NCBI GenBank assembly: GCA_963665095.1
Contig: OY762069.1
Span: 5,248,001-5,312,000, forward strand
Reading direction: 5' to 3'
Length of the DNA: 64,000 nt
DNA from: an uncultured Desulfobacter sp.
Lineage (GTDB): Bacteria; Desulfobacterota; Desulfobacteria; Desulfobacterales; Desulfobacteraceae
The translations under genes were made by a program, and so were the position numbers. The notes under the pieces are model-generated. The model was not told the origin of the DNA. It made no database searches and was given only the letters and a program-made list of their open reading frames with translations. Below, in pieces: positions 30,300 to 39,323 of this stretch (positions are counted from its first letter, which is position 1; each line of letters starts with the position of its first letter).

Positions 30300-30958
30300 A
30301 GAAAAAGACCGCTGCCAAAATCATGATCGTGGATGACCATCCCATTTTCTGTCTGGGCATGACAGAGTTGATTAATAAGGAACCCGATCTTGAGGTGGCG
30401 GCCTGTCCGGACACGGCGGATAAGGCTTGGGAAGCCGTAAGGAACGAGGAACCCGATCTTTTGATCGTTGACATCTCCCTGGCTGAAAGCAACGGTATTG
30501 ATCTGGTGGAGGAGATGGCCCAGGAGTACCCGGATCTGCCCATGCTGGTTCTGTCCATGTATGACGACACTATCTATGCCGAGCGGGCCCTGCAGGCAGG
30601 CGCCAGAGGGTATGTCATGAAGCAGCGGGCCATTGCCCAGGTGGTGGAGGCCATCCGTCAGGTTCTGGCCGGCAGCGTCTACGCCAGTGAACAGATCAAG
30701 GAAAAAATGATCAACCGGATGATCGGAAAAAAAACTGTTTCCAAAGGCGTCAGCCTGGACAACCTGACCAACCGGGAACTGGAAGTGTTCCGGCTGATCG
30801 GGGAAGGCCTGGACTCACGGGGCGTTGCCCGGCGGTTAAACTTAAGTCTTAAAACCGTGGGAACCCACCGGGAAAGGATCAAGGAAAAGCTCAATCTCAA
30901 GCATTACACCGAACTGGTCAAAGCTGCGGTCCACTGGGTTCACGAAATGAAAAAGTAG
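30296..30958 (+). CDS. NarL/LuxR-family response regulator
   Basis: DDHP REC domain, LTNRELEVF...KTVGTHR HTH; ATGA overlap with the kinase. Confidence 0.93.
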   Translation: MKKKTAAKIMIVDDHPIFCLGMTELINKEPDLEVAACPDTADKAWEAVRNEEPDLLIVDISLAESNGIDLVEEMAQEYPDLPMLVLSMYDDTIYAERALQAGARGYVMKQRAIAQVVEAIRQVLAGSVYASEQIKEKMINRMIGKKTVSKGVSLDNLTNRELEVFRLIGEGLDSRGVARRLNLSLKTVGTHRERIKEKLNLKHYTELVKAAVHWVHEMKK

Positions 30959-31118
30959 GAAATAAGAACTTTTCCTGTAGGTCATGAGATTAGTCCGGCT
31001 CAGACAGTCGGCCATATAAATATGAGCCGGTTGCCGATTGAACACAGACCTTCTTATTGGATAAAGAGTACAAAGGGTTTTCCCTTTATCTTTTATTCAT
31101 CAGTAAGGAGGTTTCGCC

Positions 31119-32729
31119 ATGACCGTCAAGCATGTCAACTACGAGCTGCTCAGTCCTGTCAATTTTCTGGCCAGGAGCGTGGAGGTCTTTCCCGACAAGA
31201 CCGCAGTGATCTACAAGGACAAGTCCTATACCTGGACCGAGTTCCAGGACCGGGTGTTCCGTCTGGCCAATGCGCTGAAAGCCCGGGGTATCGGACCGGG
31301 AGACAAGGTGGCCTTTGTCTGCCCCAATACGCCTCCCATGCTGATGGCCCATTATGCAGTACCTCTGATTGGTGCGGCCCTGGTCTCCATCAACATCCGG
31401 CTCTCTGCCGGCGAAATTTCCTATATCATTGACCATTCCGATGCCAAAGCCGTATTTGCCGACAATGAGTTCGGCAAGGTGGTGGCTCCGGTTGTGCAGG
31501 ATCTTCCCAAGGTGGAATCCTATGTTAACATCTGCGATATCGACGATTCCATGCCCCTTGACGGCCCAGAGTTTGAAAGCCTTCTGGATGACAGCCCGGA
31601 TGAGCCGGTTTTCCTGTCCATTGAGGATGAACGGGATGTGTTGTCCATCAATTACACCTCCGGCACCACAGGCCGGCCCAAAGGGGTCATGTACCACCAC
31701 CGGGGCGCCTATCTCAACGCCATTGGCGAACAGCTGGAATTCAACGTCACGGCCCGGAGTAAATATTTATGGACACTTCCCATGTTTCACTGCAACGGCT
31801 GGTGCTTTACCTGGGGTATCACTGCCATGGGCGCCACCCATGTCTGCTTAAGAAAAGTGGAGCCTGCTGAAATCTACCGGATCATCGAAGAGCAAGGCAT
31901 TACCCATCTGTGCGCCGCACCCACCATTCTTATCGGGATGTCCGTTTTTGCCCAGGATAATAATGTAACCCTCTCCCACGGCCTGGAAATCATGACCGCA
32001 GGCGCTCCGCCCGCGCCCATGGTGATCCAGAACATGGAGAGCATAGGGGCCAACATTACCCAGACCTACGGACTGACAGAGGTGTTCGGTCCCCATTCCG
32101 TGTGCCAGTGGCAGGAGAAGTGGGATGACCTGGAGCCCATGGCCAAGGCCGGACTCAAGGCCCGCCAGGGGGTTCCCTATATTGTTGCCGAGTACATGGA
32201 TGTGGTGGACCCCATGACCATGGATCCGGTGCCCAGGGACGGCGCCACCATGGGTGAGATCGTCATGAGGGGCAACAATGTGATGCTCGGCTATTACAAG
32301 GATGAAAAGGCCACGGCAGAAGCATTTTCCGGGGGATGGTTCCATTCCGGAGACCTGGCGGTCATGCACCCGGACAACTATGCCCAGATCATGGACCGTA
32401 AAAAAGATATCATCATCTCCGGCGGAGAAAATATTTCCACTGTTGAAATTGAAAACACCCTGTATACCCACCCCGCTGTACTTGAGGTGGCCGTCATCCC
32501 GGTGCCGGATGAAAAATGGGGTGAAGTGCCCAAAGCTTTTATCGTGCCCAGAAACGGAACCACCCCGGATGCCTCGGAGATCATCGCCTTCTGTAAGGAG
32601 AATCTGGCGCGGTTTAAGGCGCCGAAATACATCGAATTCGGGGCGCTTCCCAAAACCGCCACAGGAAAGATCCAGAAGTTTAAGCTCCGGGAGAAGGAGT
32701 GGCAAGGCCACAGCCGCATGGTGAATTAA
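31119..32729 (+). CDS. Short/medium-chain acyl-CoA ligase (DmdB/AAE-like)
   Basis: LSPVNFLAR, NYTSGTTGRPKG, LPMFHCNGWCF, YGLTE, ARQGV, LPKTATGK. Confidence 0.9.
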   Translation: MTVKHVNYELLSPVNFLARSVEVFPDKTAVIYKDKSYTWTEFQDRVFRLANALKARGIGPGDKVAFVCPNTPPMLMAHYAVPLIGAALVSINIRLSAGEISYIIDHSDAKAVFADNEFGKVVAPVVQDLPKVESYVNICDIDDSMPLDGPEFESLLDDSPDEPVFLSIEDERDVLSINYTSGTTGRPKGVMYHHRGAYLNAIGEQLEFNVTARSKYLWTLPMFHCNGWCFTWGITAMGATHVCLRKVEPAEIYRIIEEQGITHLCAAPTILIGMSVFAQDNNVTLSHGLEIMTAGAPPAPMVIQNMESIGANITQTYGLTEVFGPHSVCQWQEKWDDLEPMAKAGLKARQGVPYIVAEYMDVVDPMTMDPVPRDGATMGEIVMRGNNVMLGYYKDEKATAEAFSGGWFHSGDLAVMHPDNYAQIMDRKKDIIISGGENISTVEIENTLYTHPAVLEVAVIPVPDEKWGEVPKAFIVPRNGTTPDASEIIAFCKENLARFKAPKYIEFGALPKTATGKIQKFKLREKEWQGHSRMVN

Positions 32730-32754
32730 CAGTTAAGAAAAAAGGAGAACAAAA

Positions 32755-34113
32755 ATGGCTATTTACAAGCGTAATGACACAGAAGAACAACCATTCTGGC
32801 CCGTTGGTCCCTTTAAGATCCGCCTGCCCCTGATCCACTACCGATGGGAATGGGTGGAGTTTACCCAGGCCCTGATTCTCTTTGTGGTCAGCCTGGCCAT
32901 GATTCCTCTGCTGGAAAAATATCTGGGCCTTCCATATAACATTGCCCTGGCATACGTCTTTGTCTGCGGCGTCGGTTTTATGCTGCCCGCTTTTCTGGGC
33001 ACTCCCATGGTGCCGGGCTGGATTACGCCTGCCATCCCGGTGGTGCTGCTCTATCTCGGGCAGTTCACCCCCGGACCTGAAGCGATCCAGGCCCTGGTGG
33101 CCCTTCAGCTGATAGTGGCCGCCATCTTTCTGTTCCTGGGATTTTCAAAACTCTCCTCAAAGGTAGTGGCCAAGGTGCCGGATTCCATCAAGGCCGGTAT
33201 CCTTTTAGGCGCAGGCGTGGCCGCATATATGGGCGAACTGAAAATGGGCGGCCGGATCCCCAAAACCCCCATTGCCATAGGGCTGGGCAGCCTGGTCTGC
33301 TTTTACATGCTCTTTTCCATCTCATTTGCCCGGATGAAAACCAGCAACCCCATCGCCCGGATCATGGGAAAATACGGCATGGTGCCGGCCATGGTGGTGG
33401 CTATTTTTATCGGTATGCTGGTAAAAGAATATCCCATTCCGGATATCCAGTGGGGCATCACAGTTCCGGCGTTCGGCCAGATGTGGGAGTACCTGCCCTT
33501 CTCAGTGGGATTCCCCAGCGCAGATATTTTCCTCAAAGCCATACCAACGGCAATTATCGCTTACATCATCGCCTTTGGGGACGTCATTGTGGGTACAGTG
33601 CTGGTGGAGTCTGCCTGCAAGGAGAGCCGGTCTGATGAAAATGTGGATATTGACACCGACCGGATTCATATCATCACCGGGATCAGAAATGTGATCCACT
33701 CCTTTTTTGCCCCGTACCCCGGACTGGCCGGCCCCATCTGGACTGCTGTAACCGCCACAGTGGCCGACCGCTACCGCCAGGGCAGAGGCGCCATGGACTC
33801 CATCTTCAGCGGTGCCGGGACCTTCTGGATTTCAGGGTTCATCGCCCTGTTTATTCTTCCTCTGGTCAGTTTTTTCAAACCCTTTCTGCCCATCGGGCTC
33901 TCTTTGACCATGGTGGTCACAGGATACCTGTGCATTATCACGGCATTCAAGCAGATCAAGGATCCGCTGCAGCTCGGCGTGGCCGGGACCATGGCAGTGG
34001 TACTGGCCATGCACGGGGCAGCCTGGGGATTAGGTGTGGGCGTGGTCCTGCACATCTTCCTGGAAAGCCGTTTCAGCCTGGCCAAAACCATGGAGCCGTC
34101 GGCTGAGAACTGA
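32755..34113 (+). CDS. Integral membrane permease (NCS2/BenE/DUF3360-like)
   Basis: 452 aa with about 12 hydrophobic segments; PGWITPAIP, YIIAFGD; follows the CoA ligase. Confidence 0.7.
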   Translation: MAIYKRNDTEEQPFWPVGPFKIRLPLIHYRWEWVEFTQALILFVVSLAMIPLLEKYLGLPYNIALAYVFVCGVGFMLPAFLGTPMVPGWITPAIPVVLLYLGQFTPGPEAIQALVALQLIVAAIFLFLGFSKLSSKVVAKVPDSIKAGILLGAGVAAYMGELKMGGRIPKTPIAIGLGSLVCFYMLFSISFARMKTSNPIARIMGKYGMVPAMVVAIFIGMLVKEYPIPDIQWGITVPAFGQMWEYLPFSVGFPSADIFLKAIPTAIIAYIIAFGDVIVGTVLVESACKESRSDENVDIDTDRIHIITGIRNVIHSFFAPYPGLAGPIWTAVTATVADRYRQGRGAMDSIFSGAGTFWISGFIALFILPLVSFFKPFLPIGLSLTMVVTGYLCIITAFKQIKDPLQLGVAGTMAVVLAMHGAAWGLGVGVVLHIFLESRFSLAKTMEPSAEN

Positions 34114-34156
34114 TTCTGGAACCATATAAAGGGCTTGCCACGGCGTTTGCCCAAGC

Positions 34157-34198
34157 ATAACAAGGCCCGGCTTTTGTAAAAAAGCCGGGCCTTGTTAT
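34157..34198 (+). terminator. Strong hairpin, probable terminator after the permease
   Basis: 19-bp perfect stem ATAACAAGGCCCGGCTTTT / AAAAGCCGGGCCTTGTTAT with GTAA loop. Confidence 0.75.
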
Positions 34199-34332
34199 CC
34201 TGCCATCCCATCTTTCAGGAAGTATATTTCTGGGAAACACTGTAGTATATGAGTTATAAAAACCTCTGAAAAGGGTGTTTTCACGTTGATTCGGTGGAAG
34301 TAAAAGCAAGAAATCAGGAAAAGAAAGAGCAG

Positions 34333-35205
34333 ATGGAAAACTTTAAAAATATGAGCCTGCGCGAATTACTGGCCAAGGCGTCACCCTTAAGATCCGGAGA
34401 TGTCCTGGCCGGCATTGCCGCGGCAAGTGAAGAAGAGCGTGCCAGAGCCCAGATATTCCTTGCTGAGGTGGCGCTGACAAGGTTCCTGGATGAACCGGTC
34501 ATCTCATATGAGACGGACGAGATCACCCGTCTTATTGTGGATGAACATGATTCAACTGCTTTTCGTAAGGTTCAGGGGTTTACTGTTGGTGAATTCAGAG
34601 ACTGGCTGCTGACGGATGTGGCCGATACTGACGTTCTCAGGGAATTGAGCCCGGGCCTGACACCGGAGATGGTTGCCGCTGTTTCAAAAATCATGCGGAC
34701 CCAGGACCTGATTCTGGTGGCGTCCAAGTGCCGGGTGGAAACCTGCTTCAGAAATACCATGGGGGCACCCCACAGTCTTGGCGTAAGACTTCAACCCAAC
34801 CATCCCACTGATGATCTATTCGGGATTGCGGCATCAATCCTGGACGGTATCTGTTACGGCTGTGGTGATGCCGTGATCGGGGTCAATCCGGCAACGGACA
34901 ATCTGGAAAACATTACCCGGCTGCTTTGGATGCTCGACGCGATCATTGAAAAATATGAGATACCCACCCAGTCCTGTGTGCTGACCCATGTCACGACCAC
35001 CATAGAGGCGATCAACGCAGGTGTGCCAGTGGATCTATGTTTTCAGTCCATTGCAGGTACCGAGGATGCCAACAAGGGCTTTGGCATTTCTCTTTCCCTG
35101 TTGCAGGAAGGATATGAGGCCGCACTCTCCTTGAACCGGGGAACCATCGGCGATAATGTGATGTATTTTGAGACAGGTCAGGGATGCGGTTCACCAGCCC
35201 TTTGA
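34333..35205 (+). pseudogene. eutB: Ethanolamine ammonia-lyase large subunit, 3'-truncated
   Basis: LLAKASPLRSGDVLAG, RLQPNHPTDD, GDAVIGVNPATD, QSCVLTHVT, MYFETGQG; the expected C-terminal third is absent. Confidence 0.92.
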
Positions 35206-35839
35206 CAAAAATACCCTTGCTGAAAAGTTGGAGAGCAAAGGCATCCAGTACTCTTTTTTAAACTCTTCGGTGGCCAGCCGGAGCGAATATCTCACCCGTC
35301 CAGACAAGGGCCGGGCTCTTGATCAAAATTCAAGGGAACAACTGGACGGGGAGAAGCAGGTCTGGGATATGGGTATGGTCGTCTGTGACGGGCTATCCAC
35401 CCGGGCTATCCACGAGAACTGTGCGGAGTTCATTATATTGTTTCGCAGCCTGGCACTTGTTGCAGAGTATTCCATTGCACCTGTGCAAATTGTGCAGAAC
35501 GGACGTGTTGCCATTGGTGATGAAATTTGTGAAAGCCTTAAAACAAAACTGGCAATAGTTCTCATTGGGGAACGGCCGGGATTAAGCTCCCCTGACTCTT
35601 TGGGCATCTATCTGACATATGCGCCCAGAGTCGGCACAACCGATGAGGCCAGAAACTGCATTTCAAATGTGCGTGAAAAAGGGTTGCCCATTCCACTTGC
35701 CGTTAAGAAACTGGCCTACCTGGTTGAAACCGCGTTTGTCGAAAAACGCTCGGGGGTCATGCTCAAGGACAAGATGGATGCAGGCTATCTTCCCTTTGGG
35801 ATTTTGCCAGAACTGGCCGGTGGGACCAGCAAATCATGA
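35180..35839 (+). pseudogene. eutC: Ethanolamine ammonia-lyase small subunit, 5'-truncated
   Basis: Begins at RDAVH; YLTRPDKGR, DGLS, GRVAIGDE, LIGERPGLSSPDSLG, RNCISN; N-terminal ARIxLGRxG region absent. Confidence 0.9.
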
Positions 35840-35857
35840 CACCCGGTAGCCATCATA

Positions 35858-35895
35858 AAGAAGGCCGGAAAAGAAGAATGCATCCCGGCCTTCTT
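35858..35895. terminator. Hairpin between convergent eutC and DUF1638 genes
   Basis: AAGAAGGCCGG / CCGGCCTTCTT inverted repeat. Confidence 0.6.
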
Positions 35896-35939
35896 GTTAT
35901 ACAGGGGGCGTTCTTCGCCCAGCTTTTTGAAATTACAGA

Positions 35940-36596
35940 TCATGAATGGTTGAGCTTTTCCAAAGCCTCTGTCAGAAGAAACTTGAATCTGTCCAGAGTC
36001 ACAGGGGCCGGCTGCATGGGAATCCCCATCCAGTCGCAATACTCAAGAAAGGCTTCAGGATCTTCGGCCATATACTCGTCCATAAAACCGACGGCATCAA
36101 GCACCACGGCCCCGCCGGTGTGCCTGGGAAAATTCTCATTGGCAATGCCTTTGTCCCAGCCCTTGAACACCTGGGTTTTATATTTGACCCATCCCGGTGT
36201 CATGAACCAGACAGGTTCTCCGCCTGCCAGCTCCTCTTTGATCTGCGCCATTTCATCTTCCGTGGCCAGCATGTTCATGCAGTGGGTGGCCTCGATTCTG
36301 GCAACATTAGGACCCTGTTCTTCGATAATGTGCTTCATCTGCCGGGTGGGGTTGTCCGCATCCACATAGCAGAATTTTCCTCCGTAGACTACAATCACAT
36401 TATCGGCTGCCGCCTTTGCCTTTTCGATAAATTTGACCAGCGAACGCTCAAGTTCCCGGATGTCCTGATGAAGTCCGGGCGTGGTAAAATAGATGTGGTC
36501 TGTATCCAGAAACCCTTGCGCCTTGAGGTAATTGATTTCAGGGCTCATGGTTCCGCAGGCGACAATGGCCGTATTCTTAAATGACAGTTCCGACAT
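35940..36596 (-). CDS. DUF1638-like protein
   Basis: IVACG, PGLH, VVYG..C, HCMNML, WFMTPGW motifs; ATG 36596 after AAGGAGAG. Confidence 0.78.
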   Translation of the reverse strand: MSELSFKNTAIVACGTMSPEINYLKAQGFLDTDHIYFTTPGLHQDIRELERSLVKFIEKAKAAADNVIVVYGGKFCYVDADNPTRQMKHIIEEQGPNVARIEATHCMNMLATEDEMAQIKEELAGGEPVWFMTPGWVKYKTQVFKGWDKGIANENFPRHTGGAVVLDAVGFMDEYMAEDPEAFLEYCDWMGIPMQPAPVTLDRFKFLLTEALEKLNHS

Positions 36597-36624
36597 GGGG
36601 CTCTCCTTTATATATATACAGTCC

Positions 36625-36665
36625 AAAAAATCAGGGGCAGCCGTGACGTTATCAGGCTGCCCCCT
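36625..36665 (-). terminator. Intrinsic terminator between a sigma54 promoter and the DUF1638 gene
   Basis: GGGGCAGCC / GGCTGCCCC stem followed on the minus strand by TGATTTTTT. Confidence 0.75.
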
Positions 36666-36734
36666 ACGGCGGTGAGGTGGTTAAACAGATTTATGGAGGT
36701 AAGTAAATGCCATTACTTGAATCTGTATAACGGT
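36625..36734 (-). ncRNA. Putative sigma54-dependent small RNA or attenuator leader (~110 nt)
   Basis: Bounded by a sigma54 promoter and a terminator; nested stem ACAGATT/AATCTGT with AAGTAA/TTACTT; ACCTCC and CACCTCACC motifs. Confidence 0.55.
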
Positions 36735-36744
36735 ATTTTAAATT

Positions 36745-36760
36745 AGCAACTCCCATGCCA
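36745..36760 (-). promoter_or_regulatory. sigma54 (-24/-12) promoter
   Basis: TGGCATGGGAGTTGCT matches TGGCAY-N5-TTGCW. Confidence 0.78.
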
Positions 36761-36845
36761 CGAATAAAATATTTTTCAAGTACAAGAAGATTCGTTCTGG
36801 CAGCCTTTATCAGGCCGCACTCTGCAATTTTGGAACGGAATATCA

Positions 36846-36883
36846 AGCGTTACCTTAACGCTATCAATGGATCGGTAACGCTA
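36846..36883. promoter_or_regulatory. Candidate upstream activator sequence for the sigma54 promoter
   Basis: AGCGTTA-CCT-TAACGCT palindrome plus second GGTAACGCT half-site, about 110-150 bp upstream of the predicted start. Confidence 0.45.
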
Positions 36884-37101
36884 CTGAAACGGTGCGACCC
36901 GGCGCAAAACAGCACCTACCGCCATCCAAACCTGGTGGCTATCTTCCCTTAGGGCTTTTGCGGCTTTTGTCTGCGCATCTTCGGTTAAATAGGAGAAAGC
37001 CTGGTTCCTCCCTTTGGCCAGGTGTGTTGAAGTGTCAGGCGCAGGCATCCTCCTTACTTTCAAAAAATGGTCATGAAATATCCGGGCTGAACTATCTGTT
37101 T

Positions 37102-39297
37102 CTACTGAGCATCAACAACCAATCCTGTGATGGGAAAGTTATCCGGCTCATTATCGGGATCAATTACCGCCCGGACCACTACAACGTACTTGCCTGCATC
37201 TGGAAATGTTATGCTGCAGTCAGTTGAGGTGGAGTACTCCTGCACCATGGTCCACTGGGTGGTTTCATATTCGGAAGTCCCGTAATTAGCACAATAATAA
37301 AATTTATAATATACAACACTTTCGTCCGATGTTGAGGCTTGTGCGGTGAACGTGACCGGCACCCCTGCCCGGATGTTTCCCTGGGCACTGGATGTCAGGG
37401 AGCTGATATTGACGGCATTGCTTAGGCCCACCGAAACCACCTGCCCCATAATGGGAAGAGCTGCCGGTTCATTGCCGGAATCGGTAACCGCCCGCACCAC
37501 TAAAACGTAAGCCCCGGCTTCATCAAATACATACGTACAGGTCGGAGAGGTTGAGTACTCCTGGACCATGGTCCAGTCTGTGCTTTCATAGAAGGGTGTA
37601 CCATAATTGGCACGGTAAAAAAATTTGTAATATACATCGGCCTGCTCGGGATTTGCGGCAGAAGCTGTCAGAACAACGGAATCCTGCGGATTGATATCAA
37701 GGGTACTGTTGAGTTGAAGGCCTGTGATATTAATTGTTTCAGGCGTGGAGGAAAGCGTTGCTTCATATGTGAATTCCAGGTTGTCGGAAGTTTGAGAATA
37801 ATTGGCCAGCCCAAGCACTACCTCAGAAAGCCTGTCGTCATCAAATCCTGCAAAATTCACACTTCCCTGGTTGCTTGCTCCGTCAAGATCAAAAAATTTT
37901 TCTTCATAAGAACCGTCCGCTTTTCGGGCGACTGCCACTGCATTGAGCTCCTTATTGTCCTGTCCGTCAACGGTTATGGTTAACAGCCCCGACTGTGAAA
38001 TTCCGGTCTGCGGTACAAATTTATAGTATTTTGAAGATAGATGAGAGACATCTACTGTCTGCTGGGATATGGATGTAACGGTATCACCTAACTGGTGAAC
38101 GGATTCACTGTTGGCAATAGCTACATCGGTATAGGCAGCATTCGCGGCATCGGTGTAAAAACCTGTTTTTGCATAGTTCTTTGCCACAAATTGGGTAAAT
38201 GCGTCTTTAAAAGTTGCACTGTTTGAAACCAGTACTGCAGATATTGCATCAACAGCATTATCATTGCCATAGTCATCCATGCTATCCCATACCTGCCTGA
38301 CTACATCCTGGTCATATTTTGTTTCTAAAAACTCATTGAAAATCCAAGCGCTGTACCAATGGGGATCTCCCTCATCCAGGGCCGTTTCCGGAGAGGCAAA
38401 AAAGTCACTCACATATTGAAGGTTATCATTGATATCATCATAAACCTGGTCTTCCATCCAGGTGGACGTGACTTCCATATACCAACCGGGTGCTTCAGCG
38501 TTGATACCGAACTGAATCACATGGTGATACTCATGGGCCGCCGTCACCTTCATTGCGTTTTCTTCAGAACCGCTGATGTCTACAAATTCGGAATAATCAT
38601 TATCCATAACCATAAAGCTGTAGACTGCATTGGCATCCGGACCGGTTACTGCATCAGAGGCCCAGTCGTCCGGGACAACATATCCGTAGAAGTTTTCACC
38701 GCAGTTCATAAGGTAGATATCAAATTTGCCGTCTCCTCCGTTATCCTCCATGCCCGTGTCATAAGGAGGTTCGGGATACCCCATGGCAGTGATCTCGGTT
38801 TCGTATACATTTTCAAACGCCCTGGCCATTTTTTGAACAAATTCAAGGGTGGCCGTGTGCACGGTCCCTTGGTTGTCAGGGGTGGCGTGGGTGACATACC
38901 AGAATTTGAATTTGCCCCCGATATTGGGATATTGGGCCGCATCCGGTTCAAACGTGGATACCGGACTCGGGAGATATCCTGCCTCCTCATATTCGGTACT
39001 ATCCGGCCGTCTGAACAAGGCATTCAGGAATTCCTGGGACTCATTGGAATATAAATGATAATTGTTTCTGGCCTCAAGGAGCAAGTGGGTAATATCCCTT
39101 GTCGGAACAGGGTTTGAAACAGCCATGATCCTTTCTCCCACCTGACTGTTCGGGGACAGATAGGACCTTAAGCTTTCAATGACATATGCTTCCCTGTCAT
39201 TATCCAGGGAGGCCTCACTCAGGGGTATGCCGGATAAAAATACCATGATCAGACATCCTGCACTAACCAACCCTCTGCAAATTTGCCGTTTACTCAT
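37102..39297 (-). CDS. Secreted HExxH zinc metalloprotease with two C-terminal Ig-like repeats
   Basis: Signal peptide; TAAHEYHHVIQFG followed by WYMEVTSTWMED; acidic composition; duplicated ~100-aa C-terminal domain. Confidence 0.85.
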   Translation of the reverse strand: MSKRQICRGLVSAGCLIMVFLSGIPLSEASLDNDREAYVIESLRSYLSPNSQVGERIMAVSNPVPTRDITHLLLEARNNYHLYSNESQEFLNALFRRPDSTEYEEAGYLPSPVSTFEPDAAQYPNIGGKFKFWYVTHATPDNQGTVHTATLEFVQKMARAFENVYETEITAMGYPEPPYDTGMEDNGGDGKFDIYLMNCGENFYGYVVPDDWASDAVTGPDANAVYSFMVMDNDYSEFVDISGSEENAMKVTAAHEYHHVIQFGINAEAPGWYMEVTSTWMEDQVYDDINDNLQYVSDFFASPETALDEGDPHWYSAWIFNEFLETKYDQDVVRQVWDSMDDYGNDNAVDAISAVLVSNSATFKDAFTQFVAKNYAKTGFYTDAANAAYTDVAIANSESVHQLGDTVTSISQQTVDVSHLSSKYYKFVPQTGISQSGLLTITVDGQDNKELNAVAVARKADGSYEEKFFDLDGASNQGSVNFAGFDDDRLSEVVLGLANYSQTSDNLEFTYEATLSSTPETINITGLQLNSTLDINPQDSVVLTASAANPEQADVYYKFFYRANYGTPFYESTDWTMVQEYSTSPTCTYVFDEAGAYVLVVRAVTDSGNEPAALPIMGQVVSVGLSNAVNISSLTSSAQGNIRAGVPVTFTAQASTSDESVVYYKFYYCANYGTSEYETTQWTMVQEYSTSTDCSITFPDAGKYVVVVRAVIDPDNEPDNFPITGLVVDAQ
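37105..37734 (-). repeat. Tandem intragenic duplication of a ~100-aa domain
   Basis: YYKFFYRANYGT...WTMVQEYSTS...VVRAV versus YYKFYYCANYGT...WTMVQEYSTS...VVRAV. Confidence 0.9.
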
Positions 39298-39323
39298 TCT
39301 TTGTATTTCCTTTTCTTAAAGGG

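Noticed and set aside
31848..32711. Long antisense ORFs (also 1523-2386, 5332-6075, 35946-36584, 38359-39054, 44769-45419)
   Set aside because: Shadows of well-supported genes on the opposite strand
34200..34332. Cobalamin riboswitch or ANTAR hairpins before eutB
   Set aside because: No B12-box or paired ANTAR stem-loops recognisable
36776..37063. Minus-strand 60-aa ORF with possible TAG (pyrrolysine) read-through
   Set aside because: No methyltransferase similarity, no pyl genes in the window, and the region is better explained as the sigma54 enhancer
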